DNA of 64,000 nucleotides from Bacteroidota bacterium (GCA_016195025.1 JACQAL010000057.1:46129-110128), one strand, 5' to 3'. Counted from the stretch's first letter, positions 1 through 10,358 are shown. Notes: a model not told the origin generated them from the sequence alone. A program made the numbers and translations.

Positions 1-2
1 GA

Positions 3-2246
3 ATGCAAGGGATGATGAATGCCGACAAAGATTTGGGAAATATAAAATTGAAACCTCATGCAACACAACTGAAAGAAGTAACGGTAGAAGCAAGCGCACA
101 TGTAATGGAACTAAAACTGGATAAAAAAGTTTTTAACGTTGAAAAAAATATTGTTTCTGCCGGAGGAACTGCACAGGATGTGTTGAAACAAGTTCCTTCC
201 GTGAGCGTGGATGTGGACGGAAATGTTACCATGCGGAATGCCGAGCCGCAGATTTTTGTAGACGGAAAACCAACTACGCTAACGCTCGACCAGATTCCTG
301 CCGATGCAATTCAGAGCGTGGAAATAATTTCAAATCCCTCTGCAAAGTACGATGCATCGGGCGGGCAAGGGGGAATTTTAAATATTGTTTTGAAAAAAGA
401 CAGGCGCATGGGCTACAACGGAAATGTTCGCCTCGGTGTTGACCAATATGCAAGAGCCAATTGCGGTGCAGATATAAATATGCGCAACGGAAAAATAAAT
501 ATTTTTCTCAGCTCAATGTACAACGAGCGCTATTCACTTACTACCGGAAAAACCAATCGCGAAAATTTAATCGGGTATCCGCTCACAACTATTTCTCAGA
601 ATCAGAAATCAATCACCGATGGATTATTCATGATGACGCGCGGAGGATTTGACTGGTTTATGGATAACAGAAATACTTTTACGCTCTCAGGAAATTATGT
701 GCATGGAAAATTTTCTCCTTCTGATGAACTTACTACAAGAACTGATACGACCTTTCCAAATAAAAATTCTTCTTCCTATGACAGAACTTCCGGCACATCG
801 CGGCAATTTTCCAATACAGGTGCTTCGCTTCAATACAAACATCTTTTTCCCCGGCAAGAACAGGAGTGGACTGCCGATTTAAATTATAACAAAAGCCAGT
901 TTCTGGCTAGCGGAGATTATACCACAAAATATTCTGATGTAAACGGAAATCATATCGGGAAAGATATTTTTCAAAACATGGATGGAACCGGCCACAATGG
1001 AATGTTCACCGGGCAAACTGATTTGGTTCTTCCGTTTAATTCCAAAGATTCAACTAAAAAGAAACTGGAAACCGGAATCCGCGGCTCTTACAGGGATTTT
1101 GGAAGTTTGACAAAAAATTTTATTAAGAACGACAGCACCGGAGAATTTACATTGATAAAAAATCAAAGCACCAATTATAAATATATTGACCAGATTTATG
1201 CAGCGTATGCAACTTTTGGAATCCAGAAAAAGAAATTCAACTGGGAATTTGGTTTACGTGGAGAAAGTTCTTTTTATACCGGAGAACTTCTGGATTCAAA
1301 TAAAACATTTAAAAATTATTATCCAATAAGTTTGTTTCCAAGTTTTTCTTCCACGTATGATTTAACCAAAAAAGATAATTTTCAGTTTTCTTATTCGAGA
1401 AGAATTAACCGCCCGTCTTTTTTTCAAATCATTCCTTTCACCGATTATTCCGATTCGCTTAATCTGAAACGAGGAAATCCCGCCTTGAAACCTGAGTTTA
1501 CACACTCGCTCGAGTTTTCTTATCTGAAAACTTTTAACCGGGAAAATAATCTTCTGGCAACTGTTTATTTTAAGAACACAGATAACATTATTACAAACTA
1601 TCAGCAGAGAGAATATGATACTGTGCTTCACCGGAATATAATTCTCAGTACGTATGAAAACGCAAACTCAAGCGAAGTGTATGGCGCAGAACTTACAAGC
1701 AAGCATGGAATAAAAAAATGGCTGGAGTTTACAACCAACTTTAATTTTTATTATGCTGTGCTTAATGCAAAAAATCTTGAAGCCAATCTTTCCAATGAGC
1801 GATTCTCCTGGTTCACGAAAGAAAATTTCACTTTCAAACTTCCGAAAAATATCAGTTTGCAAATCGCATTTGAGTACCGCTCAAAAACAAATGTTCCCGT
1901 AACGCGCGGTGATAATAAATATGGCGGCATGAGTGGATGGCAGCAATCGCCTGCTTCCACTGCGCAGGGCTATATTAATCCGCGCTATTCAATTGACGGT
2001 GCTATCAAATATGAATTCATGAAAAATAAAGCCGCGAGCGTGAGTGTGAATGTTCGCGATATTTTCGGAACAGATATAAATCAAACTATCACCAATTCCA
2101 CCTTCTTCTCTCAAACTACTTCGCGCATCCGTGACCCTCATTTTGTGCGCCTTAATTTTTCTTACCGCTTCGGAAAATTTGACACTTCGCTTTTCAAACG
2201 AAAAAATATGAAAATGAATACGGACGGAATGGATGTTGGAATGTGA
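3..2246 (+). CDS. TonB-dependent outer-membrane receptor (5' end cut by window edge)
   Basis: Plug-domain motif DVLKQVPSVSVDVDGNVTMRN near the N-terminus, then a long beta-barrel-like region ending in aromatic-rich strands (LNFSYRFGKF). The ORF is open to the window start. Confidence 0.85.
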   Translation: MQGMMNADKDLGNIKLKPHATQLKEVTVEASAHVMELKLDKKVFNVEKNIVSAGGTAQDVLKQVPSVSVDVDGNVTMRNAEPQIFVDGKPTTLTLDQIPADAIQSVEIISNPSAKYDASGGQGGILNIVLKKDRRMGYNGNVRLGVDQYARANCGADINMRNGKINIFLSSMYNERYSLTTGKTNRENLIGYPLTTISQNQKSITDGLFMMTRGGFDWFMDNRNTFTLSGNYVHGKFSPSDELTTRTDTTFPNKNSSSYDRTSGTSRQFSNTGASLQYKHLFPRQEQEWTADLNYNKSQFLASGDYTTKYSDVNGNHIGKDIFQNMDGTGHNGMFTGQTDLVLPFNSKDSTKKKLETGIRGSYRDFGSLTKNFIKNDSTGEFTLIKNQSTNYKYIDQIYAAYATFGIQKKKFNWEFGLRGESSFYTGELLDSNKTFKNYYPISLFPSFSSTYDLTKKDNFQFSYSRRINRPSFFQIIPFTDYSDSLNLKRGNPALKPEFTHSLEFSYLKTFNRENNLLATVYFKNTDNIITNYQQREYDTVLHRNIILSTYENANSSEVYGAELTSKHGIKKWLEFTTNFNFYYAVLNAKNLEANLSNERFSWFTKENFTFKLPKNISLQIAFEYRSKTNVPVTRGDNKYGGMSGWQQSPASTAQGYINPRYSIDGAIKYEFMKNKAASVSVNVRDIFGTDINQTITNSTFFSQTTSRIRDPHFVRLNFSYRFGKFDTSLFKRKNMKMNTDGMDVGM

Positions 2247-3254
2247 TTACATCACTGTAACAAGATGCGAATGGCTCACCGCATTTTCTTCAGAAGGGTG
2301 AGATAAATATTTTTCATTTACTTTTATTTTTTTATAATCATTCATCAGCGGCTCACGGTCAATTCGCTCGGCAATTGGAATATTTTGTTTTTTATAAAGC
2401 GTTTCGTAATCATAAATCCGCAGACGGTTTAGCGGCTGAACATTGTTGTTAATCCATTTCCACTGTACATCGGAAAATTTCAGAAAGTTGTAAATGGTAA
2501 TGCTTAAATCCATATGCGCAAAATGGTCGCTCAAATCAATTGCGTGGCTCATGACTCCGCCACTTTTGCAAAGCAATTTTAATTTTTGGAGAATGCCTTC
2601 CAGGATTTCGGGATAGATGTGTTCAAACGTATTGTTCGAAGTAATTAAATCCATGCTCGCATCCGGAAGAAAAAGCTTTCGCGCATCCATCACCATGTAA
2701 ACAATATTGTGCTTCTCGAGCAAATCAAAAAAATCTTTGGAAGGATTTTCTGCTTCGTGCAAAACAATTTTCAATCTTTCTTCAGAAATTCCAGGGAGGA
2801 ATTTTTCTAATTTATTTTTTCTATGGTATTCGTGAAATTTTCTCAGAGTAGCAAGTGTAAATTGCGGGTTGCTTAGCCGCGTTAAGTCAACAGTGGTAAT
2901 GCTGGATGCTCCATACAAAAACATTCCTGCCGGAACTACCGGATACCATCCCGTTCCGATTTCTAAATGAGAAAAATCTTTTGTGGAATTATATTTTCTG
3001 AAATATTTATAATGATTCGCGCAGTGAATTAACCTGTCTTCAAAATATTCATCGGAAAGAAAAACTCCGCGCGTAATATATTTTTGAAAAAGAAAATTAA
3101 TATTGTGGCTATAGGGAAGAAACGAAATTCCCTTCTGAACAATTGCTTTTGCAATCCATTTCATAAGAAAGCGAAGATAACAAAGGCAAGATATATGCTG
3201 ATAAAATTTGATTTCCCCATCCTTAAAATCGTTAATCGCATAGCCATCTTTCAT
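2247..3254 (-). CDS. class I SAM-dependent methyltransferase
   Basis: 335-aa ORF with a glycine-rich SAM-binding motif I (LEIGTGWYPVVP) and a later SGGVM segment. Start is uncertain; an alternative ATG lies at 3164 (MKWIAK). Confidence 0.6.
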   Translation of the reverse strand: MKDGYAINDFKDGEIKFYQHISCLCYLRFLMKWIAKAIVQKGISFLPYSHNINFLFQKYITRGVFLSDEYFEDRLIHCANHYKYFRKYNSTKDFSHLEIGTGWYPVVPAGMFLYGASSITTVDLTRLSNPQFTLATLRKFHEYHRKNKLEKFLPGISEERLKIVLHEAENPSKDFFDLLEKHNIVYMVMDARKLFLPDASMDLITSNNTFEHIYPEILEGILQKLKLLCKSGGVMSHAIDLSDHFAHMDLSITIYNFLKFSDVQWKWINNNVQPLNRLRIYDYETLYKKQNIPIAERIDREPLMNDYKKIKVNEKYLSHPSEENAVSHSHLVTVM

Positions 3255-3262
3255 TATATTTG
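3255..3262 (+). promoter_or_regulatory. Bacteroidota sigma-A -7 box (TAtaTTTG) upstream of the E1 dehydrogenase gene
   Basis: Exact match to the TAnnTTTG consensus, 13 nt upstream of the ATG at 3275. Confidence 0.4.
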
Positions 3263-3274
3263 TCCGTATTGATT

Positions 3275-5680
3275 ATGGCAAAAAAATCTACAACTGCAAG
3301 CGTGGAAAAAAAATTATCGTTCGAAGAATTCAAAAAAACAATTCTCAGCGATTACCGCATTGCCAACGAAAGCCGCGAAACAAGTTTACTCGGCAGAAAA
3401 GAAGTTCTCACGGGCAAAGCCAAGTTTGGAATTTTCGGAGATGGAAAAGAAGTTGCGCAGATTGCGATGGCAAAAGTTTTTCGCGAAGGAGATTTCCGCT
3501 CCGGCTATTACCGCGACCAGACATTTATGCTCGCAACAAATACAATTACTCTCGAACAATGGTTTGCAGGTTTGTACGCGAACGCTGATGTGGAAGCGGA
3601 CCCGATGAGCGCGGGCAGGCAGATGGGCGGGCATTACGCAACGCGCTCTCTGAATTCTGACGGCACGTGGAAAGATTTAACCAAGATTAAAAATTCTTCT
3701 TCCGATGTTTCTCCTACGGGAAGCCAGATGCCGCGATTGCTCGGGCTGGCGCTCGCTTCAAAATTTTACCGCAACAATCCGAATCTTCACAGCGAAGAGT
3801 TCAAAAATTTTTCCGATGAAGGAAATGAAGTCGCCTTCGGAACAATTGGCGATGCAAGCACGAGCGAAGGAATGTTTTGGGAAGCAATAAATGCCGGAGG
3901 AGTTTTGCAGGTGCCGATGATTGTTTCGGTGTGGGATGATAATTTTGGAATTTCCGTTCCTAAAAAATATCAGACAACAAAAGAAAATATTTCTGAAGCG
4001 CTCAAAGGATTTCAGCGCGATGAAAATAAAAACGGCTATGAAATTCTGAAAACACGCGGATGGGATTTTCCGCATCTCTGCGAAACGTATGAGAAGGCAG
4101 TGAAGATTGCGCGCGAGGAACACGTTCCGGTTTTAGTTCACGTAGATGAAATGACGCAGCCACAAGGGCACAGCACGAGCGGTTCGCACGAAAGATATAA
4201 ATCGAAGGAGCGCCTGCAATGGGAAATTGATTTCGACCCGCTCAAAAAAATGCGCGAGTGGATTTTAAATTCTGCAATTGCTTCCTCGGATGAGTTGGAT
4301 AAAATAGAAGCGGATGCAAAACTCCGCGCGCGCGAAGCAAAAAATAATGCGTGGAAAATTTTTAATGTTCCGATAAAAGAAGAATTGAATATTGTTCTTT
4401 CCTTATTAAGTGAAATCAATGGAATAGAAGAATTAATCAATGAATTGAAATCAACCATTGACCCGACAAGAAAAGATGTGATTTCCATAGCGAGAAAAGC
4501 ATTATGGGTTACTCAAGAAAATAATTCTGCGAGAGAAAAACTTTCTCATTGGATTAAAGAACAACTCTCGCTGAACTTTGAAAGATATTCTTCTCACTTG
4601 CACAGCGAATCAAATTTTTCAGCATTGAAAGTGGAAGAAGTTTCCGTAGAATTTTCTTCAGAAGAAAAAATGATTGACGGAAGAGAAGTCCTACGCGAAA
4701 ATTTTGACGCCATACTTTCAAAATATCCTGCCGTACATATTTTCGGAGAAGATTCAGGAAAAATAGGAGGAGTGAATCAGGGGCTGGAAGGTTTGCAAAA
4801 AAAATATGGTGAGCATCGCGTGTTCGATACGGGAATTCGCGAGTGCACAATCATTGGGCAGGCAATCGGAATGGCAATGCGCGGGCTTCGTCCGATTGCA
4901 GAAATTCAATATCTCGATTATCTTTTATATGCGGTGCAAATTCTCAGCGATGATCTGGCAACAGTGCAGTACAGAACGAAAGGCGGGCAGAAAGCTCCGG
5001 TGATTATCCGCACACGCGGTCACCGCCTCGAAGGAATCTGGCACAGCGGTTCTCCTATGGGAATGGTGATAAATGCGCTGCGCGGAATTCACGTTTGTGT
5101 TCCGAGAAATATGACAAAGGCCGCAGGATTTTACAACACGCTGCTCGCTTCTGATGAACCGGGAATAATTATTGAGCCGCTGAATTCTTACCGCTTGAAA
5201 GAAAAATCTCCTGTGAATTTTGGCGAGTTCGGAAATCCGCTCGGTGTTCCTGAAATTCTCAAAGAAGGAAATGATGTTACGCTCGTTACTTACGGACCCA
5301 ATTGCAGAATTGCAATGGAAGCAATCACTCATCTTGAAAAGAAAAATATTTCGGTTGAATTGATTGATGTGCAAACTTTGCTTCCTTTCGACATTCATCA
5401 TTCCATTGTCGAATCGTTGAAAAAGACAAACAGAATTATTTTTATGGATGAAGATGTGCCAGGCGGTTCTTCGGCTTTCATGATGGAAAAAATTCTCGAA
5501 GAGCAAGGCGGATATAATTTTCTCGACTCGGAACCAAAAACTATTTCCGCAAAAGCGCATCGTCCAGCTTACGGAAGCGATGGAGATTATTTTTCCAAGC
5601 CGAATGCTGAAGATGTTTTCGAAACGGTTTATGATTTGATGCACGAGAGCAATCCCCAAAAGTTTCCAAAACTTTACTGA
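3275..5680 (+). CDS. 2-oxoacid dehydrogenase E1 component, fused alpha/beta subunits (TPP-dependent)
   Basis: About 800 aa. The N-terminal half has the TPP-binding GDASTSEG motif. The C-terminal half is transketolase-pyrimidine-like (FDTGIRECTIIGQAIGMA). The ATG at 3275 is preferred over the TTG at 3260. Confidence 0.85.
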   Translation: MAKKSTTASVEKKLSFEEFKKTILSDYRIANESRETSLLGRKEVLTGKAKFGIFGDGKEVAQIAMAKVFREGDFRSGYYRDQTFMLATNTITLEQWFAGLYANADVEADPMSAGRQMGGHYATRSLNSDGTWKDLTKIKNSSSDVSPTGSQMPRLLGLALASKFYRNNPNLHSEEFKNFSDEGNEVAFGTIGDASTSEGMFWEAINAGGVLQVPMIVSVWDDNFGISVPKKYQTTKENISEALKGFQRDENKNGYEILKTRGWDFPHLCETYEKAVKIAREEHVPVLVHVDEMTQPQGHSTSGSHERYKSKERLQWEIDFDPLKKMREWILNSAIASSDELDKIEADAKLRAREAKNNAWKIFNVPIKEELNIVLSLLSEINGIEELINELKSTIDPTRKDVISIARKALWVTQENNSAREKLSHWIKEQLSLNFERYSSHLHSESNFSALKVEEVSVEFSSEEKMIDGREVLRENFDAILSKYPAVHIFGEDSGKIGGVNQGLEGLQKKYGEHRVFDTGIRECTIIGQAIGMAMRGLRPIAEIQYLDYLLYAVQILSDDLATVQYRTKGGQKAPVIIRTRGHRLEGIWHSGSPMGMVINALRGIHVCVPRNMTKAAGFYNTLLASDEPGIIIEPLNSYRLKEKSPVNFGEFGNPLGVPEILKEGNDVTLVTYGPNCRIAMEAITHLEKKNISVELIDVQTLLPFDIHHSIVESLKKTNRIIFMDEDVPGGSSAFMMEKILEEQGGYNFLDSEPKTISAKAHRPAYGSDGDYFSKPNAEDVFETVYDLMHESNPQKFPKLY

Positions 5681-6162
5681 TGCATTTCATTAGAATAAAT
5701 TTATTTTTTCTACTTTCATTTTTATTTGTTTATTCTCACGGCTTCTCTCAAAATGACACGCTAAAAAAAATATTCAAACAATCCTTTTCCCTCACCGAAG
5801 AATATAGAGGCGACTGGGGCGGATACACTCATACTTTTATTTTTACAAAGCAAGATACCACTGAAGAAATTCTATGGAAGGATCCGGATTTTCCTGACGG
5901 AGAAATGCCAAGAGAATTAAAAATCATTTTACCGCTCGATGGAATGAAAAAACTGGAAAAACTTTTTACCGGCTGCGCTTCAAAAATTAAAAGTTCAGAT
6001 AGGAAAAGCACCGAGCACATAAAATATATTTTCAAAAGCAAAGAGCTTACTTATACGATTGATGATAACTTTACAATGCTTTGCAACGATGATTTCAAGG
6101 AATGGAAACAAAATCTTTTCAGCGAAGGAATAAAGCAAGAAAAACTGAGAAAGAAGAAATGA
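5680..6162 (+). CDS. hypothetical secreted protein
   Basis: 160-aa ORF with an N-terminal hydrophobic signal (LFFLLSFLFVYSHGFSQ). Its start overlaps the upstream stop (TGATG). No recognisable family. Confidence 0.45.
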   Translation: MHFIRINLFFLLSFLFVYSHGFSQNDTLKKIFKQSFSLTEEYRGDWGGYTHTFIFTKQDTTEEILWKDPDFPDGEMPRELKIILPLDGMKKLEKLFTGCASKIKSSDRKSTEHIKYIFKSKELTYTIDDNFTMLCNDDFKEWKQNLFSEGIKQEKLRKKK

Positions 6163-6962
6163 AAAAGATTACTGAAATAGATTCTCACTACGACCATCTT
6201 GAAAAGATGGATGTGAAAAAACTTCTTGTCAGTATAAATAAGGAAGACCAAACTGTTCCCCGCGCTGTTCAGAAAGCGATTCCCGCTATAGAAAAATTAG
6301 TAAAAGTAATTGTAAGCAAACTAAAAACTGGCGGACGATTATTTTACATTGGCTCAGGAACAAGCGGACGATTGGGAATTGTAGATGCATCGGAATGCCC
6401 GCCAACCTATGGAGTGGAACACGGAAAAGTAATTGGACTTATCGCAGGTGGAGATAAAGCAATTAGAAAAGCAGTTGAGTTTGCTGAAGATAATTTGGAA
6501 CAAGGTTGGAAAGATTTAAAAGCAAATAAAATTTCTAAAAAAGATGTTGTGATTGGAATTACCGCAAGCGGAACAACGCCTTATGTAGTTGGTGCGTTGA
6601 AAAAATGCAACGCAAATAAAATTATTACTGCTTGCATCACTTGCAATCCCGGCAGGCCGGTTGCGCTCACAGCAAAATATCCGGTTGTAGTTGTTGTCGG
6701 TCCGGAATTTGTAACCGGAAGCACACGAATGAAAAGCGGCACCGCACAGAAATTAGTTTTGAATATGATTTCTTCCACGGTGATGATAAAACTCGGGCGT
6801 GTGCGAGGAAATAAAATGGTGGACATGCATCTCTCGAACAACAAACTGGTAGAGCGCGGAACAAAAATGATTATGCGCGAACTTAAACTCCCCTACTCTT
6901 CTGCGAAAAAATTACTTTTAAAATATGGAAGTGTGAGGAGAGCGCTGAGAGGAAAAAATTAA
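6159..6962 (+). CDS. murQ: N-acetylmuramic acid 6-phosphate etherase
   Basis: SIS-domain motif GSGTSGRLGIVDASECPPTYG and C-terminal TGSTRMKSGTAQK. The internal ATG at 6159 gives the typical MKKITE start and an ATGA overlap with the upstream stop. Confidence 0.85.
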   Translation: MKKITEIDSHYDHLEKMDVKKLLVSINKEDQTVPRAVQKAIPAIEKLVKVIVSKLKTGGRLFYIGSGTSGRLGIVDASECPPTYGVEHGKVIGLIAGGDKAIRKAVEFAEDNLEQGWKDLKANKISKKDVVIGITASGTTPYVVGALKKCNANKIITACITCNPGRPVALTAKYPVVVVVGPEFVTGSTRMKSGTAQKLVLNMISSTVMIKLGRVRGNKMVDMHLSNNKLVERGTKMIMRELKLPYSSAKKLLLKYGSVRRALRGKN

Positions 6963-8185
6963 ATTGCTTTCTCTTTCACCCGTTCGGTTACTTTTCTTCC
7001 CAGATAAACTTTCAGTGCTTCCTCTAAACACTTCATCGCATTTTTCAAATCTTCAATCTTTAACACGTAAGCAATGCGCACTTCATCTTTGCCTGCACCA
7101 GGAGTAAAATAAAATCCTGTTGCGGGAGCAAGCATCACCGTTTGGTTTTTGTATTCGAACTTTTCAAGAAGCCACTGGCAAAAATTATCTGCGTCATCAA
7201 CCGGCAGGCGCACAATGCAGTAAAATGCTCCGGCAGGTTTCGGGCAAAACACTCCTTCAATTTTATTCAGCGCATCAATCACATAATCTCTTCGTGCAAC
7301 ATATTCTTTTTTCACTTTGTCAAAATAAGATTGCGGAGTATCAATGGCAGCTTCGGCTGCAACTTGTCCGAAAGTTGGCGGACTCAATCTCGCCTGCGCA
7401 AACTTCAAAGCATACGCCATCACATCTTTGTTTTTAGAAATGAGCGCGCCAATCCTTGCACCGCAGGCGGAATATCTTTTCGAAACGGAATCGAGAAGGA
7501 TGACATTGTTTTCAATTCCTTTCAAACGCATCACAGAAAAATGTTCTTCGCCATCATAGCAGAATTCACGGTAAACTTCATCGGCAAATAAAAATAAATC
7601 GTGCTTGAGAACTAAATCGCGAAGCGCTTCCAACTCTTCTCTGGAATATAAATAACCGGTTGGATTATTCGGATTGCAAATCATAATTGCTTTTGTTTTC
7701 TTCGTAATCACTTTTTCAAACTTGGTAATGGAAGGAAGAGCAAAACCGCTTTCAATATTAGAACGAACCGGCTTCACCACCACTCCTGCCCGCGTGGAAA
7801 ATCCATTATAGTTTGCGTAAAAAGGTTCGGGAATAATTATTTCATCTCCTTCGTTCAGGCAAGTCATCATTGCAATTTCAATTGCTTCCGAGCCGCCTGT
7901 AGTAATAATGATGTCGGAAAAATCTATGTTAATGCTGTGCTTCTTGTAATACCCTGCAAGTTTTCTTCGGTAACTTTCAATTCCTGCGCTGTGAGAATAC
8001 TCCACTACTTTCGGTGAAAAATTTTTAATAGCGTTCAGCATTGTTTCGGGAGTTTCAATATCCGGCTGACCAATGTTTAAATGATAAACTTTTCTTCCCA
8101 TTTTTTTTGCCTGCTCTGCATACGGAACCAGTTTGCGGATGGGAGATGCAGGCATTTGCTTCGCTTTGTGAGAAATTTTTGGCAT
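6959..8185 (-). CDS. PLP-dependent aminotransferase class I/II (aspartate aminotransferase-like)
   Basis: 408 aa with the PLP-lysine motif SVSKRYSACGARIG and NPNNPTG. Confidence 0.85.
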   Translation of the reverse strand: MPKISHKAKQMPASPIRKLVPYAEQAKKMGRKVYHLNIGQPDIETPETMLNAIKNFSPKVVEYSHSAGIESYRRKLAGYYKKHSINIDFSDIIITTGGSEAIEIAMMTCLNEGDEIIIPEPFYANYNGFSTRAGVVVKPVRSNIESGFALPSITKFEKVITKKTKAIMICNPNNPTGYLYSREELEALRDLVLKHDLFLFADEVYREFCYDGEEHFSVMRLKGIENNVILLDSVSKRYSACGARIGALISKNKDVMAYALKFAQARLSPPTFGQVAAEAAIDTPQSYFDKVKKEYVARRDYVIDALNKIEGVFCPKPAGAFYCIVRLPVDDADNFCQWLLEKFEYKNQTVMLAPATGFYFTPGAGKDEVRIAYVLKIEDLKNAMKCLEEALKVYLGRKVTERVKEKAI

Positions 8186-8229
8186 TGCAGTAATTTAATA
8201 TCGAAGATTTAATAGGTAATATTTACTGG

Positions 8230-8237
8230 CAAATGTA
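8230..8237 (-). promoter_or_regulatory. -7 box TAcaTTTG upstream of the aminotransferase gene
   Basis: Reverse complement of caaatgta, about 45 nt upstream of the start at 8185. Confidence 0.35.
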
Positions 8238-8277
8238 TCACAATAATTTTTCTTTCTTAAATATTACATCTTAAATT

Positions 8278-8727
8278 TTACCTGTTACTTTTTTTTTCTG
8301 ATTTATTTTCCTGAATCACTCCTTTGAAACGAAGTTTTGTAGGAGAATTTGAAGCGTTTGAAATTACATCCACCGTTCTATCTTGCCTGTCATATTTTTC
8401 TTTGGTGTTGAAGGTAAGAAGAATTATTCCCGAATCTCCGGGCTTAATCGGGTAATGCGGAAAATCTCCTACCGTGCATCCGCAGGTAACTTCTATAGTT
8501 GAAATGCGAAGAGTATCCGTTCCTGAATTCGTAAACTCATATTCAATTTTCACGGTGGTTCCCTGCTTTACAAAACCAAAATTGTATTTTGGATTTTTAA
8601 TTTTAAGAAATGCGCCTGATTTTTTTTCCTGTGCGGTTGCTTCGACTCCGCTCAGAATGACAAAAAAGAAAAAAAATATCCCGTACAAAATAAAAATGTA
8701 CGGGATAAATTTTTGAAATCGCTTCAC
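8278..8727 (-). CDS. DUF1573 domain protein (paralog 1 of 4)
   Basis: Signal/TM segment followed by the DUF1573 signature: F..V..G......F.F.N.G...L.I.......CGCT......PI.PG..G.I. Confidence 0.75.
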   Translation of the reverse strand: MKRFQKFIPYIFILYGIFFFFFVILSGVEATAQEKKSGAFLKIKNPKYNFGFVKQGTTVKIEYEFTNSGTDTLRISTIEVTCGCTVGDFPHYPIKPGDSGIILLTFNTKEKYDRQDRTVDVISNASNSPTKLRFKGVIQENKSEKKSNR

Positions 8728-8742
8728 AATTTCAAAAAAAAC

Positions 8743-9240
8743 TTAGTGAGGATTTGTTGGCGGAACAGACGGAGAAGCAGTAACAGTTCCTGCAGGAGTT
8801 GGAGCTGCCTTCACGGTGCCGTGAATCTTCAAAGTTTTGCTCGGAGTTTTTGCATTGGAAGAAACCGTAACAGTTTTTTCAAAACTTCCCACGCGCTTTG
8901 TATCGTAGTGAACTTTGATTACTCCGGTTTCTCCCGGTTTAATCGGGTCTTTAGGTGCAGTAGGAACCGTGCATCCGCATGAACCGGTCGCACTGTAAAT
9001 AATCAGCGGCTCTTTTCCTTTATTCTTGAATTTGAATTCGCGGTTGCCGTCTGCATCATTTTCTATTGTTCCGTAATCAATATTTTCATTTTCAAAAATA
9101 ATGTCCGGGGCATTTGGATTTTCAGGAGCAACAGTCGCTGTGTTTTGCGGAGCAGGAGCTGGTGCCGGTGCTGCTGTTTGAGCTTTGGTGATAAACGCGG
9201 TGAACAGGATTGCCGCGATTGCAAGAATTGTTTTTTTCAT
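8743..9240 (-). CDS. DUF1573 domain protein (paralog 2 of 4)
   Basis: Signal peptide, Ala/Pro-rich linker, then SCGCTVPTAPKDPIKPGETGVIKVHYD. Confidence 0.75.
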   Translation of the reverse strand: MKKTILAIAAILFTAFITKAQTAAPAPAPAPQNTATVAPENPNAPDIIFENENIDYGTIENDADGNREFKFKNKGKEPLIIYSATGSCGCTVPTAPKDPIKPGETGVIKVHYDTKRVGSFEKTVTVSSNAKTPSKTLKIHGTVKAAPTPAGTVTASPSVPPTNPH

Positions 9241-9287
9241 AATTGATTTTTTAGTTGTGAGTTCTTTGAATTTTTACTTTACTTTTT

Positions 9288-9848
9288 TTATTGTCCCATT
9301 CCTCCGTTTTTCGTTCCGGGAAAGGCTTCTTCCTGTGCAGGACCTTCAATGGTTCCTTTGATAGAAAGAGTAAGAGGAGAATTTTTTGCGTTTGAAGTTA
9401 TCGTAACTGTTTTTGTGAAAACTCCCACGCGGTTACTATCGTATTTAATTTTGATGACTCCGCTTGCACCCGGAGCAATGGGTTCTTTCGGACAAGAAGG
9501 AGTGGTGCATCCGCACGATGCCTGGCAATTCGAAATGATGAGCGGCTCTTTGCCGGTATTTTTGAATTTGAATTCGTGCGAGCATTCGTCTCCTTTCTGA
9601 AGTGTTGCAAAATCGTGTGCAGTTTCTTCAAAAGTTATTTCAGGAGCATTGGGATTTGCTTTTGCATCCTGTGCCGGAGGCGCAATCGGAGTTGGCGTAA
9701 TGGCGGTCTTGACCGGTTCCTGCTTCGGAGTTGTTTTGGGTGCTTCCTGTGCGAAAGATCCTTCGACTCCGCTCAGGATTCCAATACAAATTAAAATTCC
9801 GAGAGATAAAATTGTTTTTTTCATGATACTTTTTTTTAATGTGAACAA
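9288..9848 (-). CDS. DUF1573 domain protein (paralog 3 of 4)
   Basis: Signal peptide, Pro-rich linker, then SCGCTTPSCPKEPIAPGASGVIKIKYD. Confidence 0.75.
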   Translation of the reverse strand: MFTLKKSIMKKTILSLGILICIGILSGVEGSFAQEAPKTTPKQEPVKTAITPTPIAPPAQDAKANPNAPEITFEETAHDFATLQKGDECSHEFKFKNTGKEPLIISNCQASCGCTTPSCPKEPIAPGASGVIKIKYDSNRVGVFTKTVTITSNAKNSPLTLSIKGTIEGPAQEEAFPGTKNGGMGQ

Positions 9849-9872
9849 AGTTAAAATATATTTTGAATTATG

Positions 9873-10358
9873 TTACTTCTTGTTTTCGTTCGATTTCATT
9901 TTTTCTTCATCCTTTGCAGGAGCATCGGTTCCTTCCGTTTCTTCAACAACCATGCCTCTGATTACAAGATTTACCAGAGGAGTTTTCGCATTGGAAGAAA
10001 TAGTGACCTCCTTGGCAAAATTTCCAACGCGCGTACTGTCGTAATGCACTTCTATGTAATCTGATTTGCCATGCTTAAGCGGCTCCTTCGAGCAATGAGG
10101 TTTGGTGCAGCCGCATCCCGCACGGCATTCATTAATCACGAGCGCTTCTTTGCCGGTGTTTTTGTATTTGAATTTATAAACGATGGACGAACCTTTTTTC
10201 ACGGTTCCGAAATCATGTGAAAGTTCTTCAAAAGTTATTTCAGCTGCGGTGGGCGAAGCATTGGGATTTACCTGTGGTTTTGGCGCAGGCGGATTCGGTT
10301 TCTCCTGAGCAATTGCAGATGTTCCTGTAATAAGAAGGATATAAAGAAATTTTTTCAT
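9873..10358 (-). CDS. DUF1573 domain protein (paralog 4 of 4)
   Basis: Signal peptide, Pro-rich linker, then GCGCTKPHCSKEPLKHGKSDYIEVHYD. Confidence 0.75.
   Translation of the reverse strand: MKKFLYILLITGTSAIAQEKPNPPAPKPQVNPNASPTAAEITFEELSHDFGTVKKGSSIVYKFKYKNTGKEALVINECRAGCGCTKPHCSKEPLKHGKSDYIEVHYDSTRVGNFAKEVTISSNAKTPLVNLVIRGMVVEETEGTDAPAKDEEKMKSNENKK

Noticed and set aside
4925-5659. Long antisense ORFs here and at 57622-58329, 50868-51479, 23548-24240, 13712-14131, 60257-60778 and 30366-30800.
   Set aside because: Each lies fully within, and opposite to, a gene with strong family motifs. They are shadow ORFs with no recognisable motifs.
6102-6158. The longer murQ start at 6102, and likewise the 11103 start for the dipeptidase and the 51496 start for yicC.
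   Set aside because: The upstream extensions overlap the preceding genes. The internal starts give canonical N-termini (MKKITE, MIKSMTGFG) and typical ATGA or GTGA couplings.
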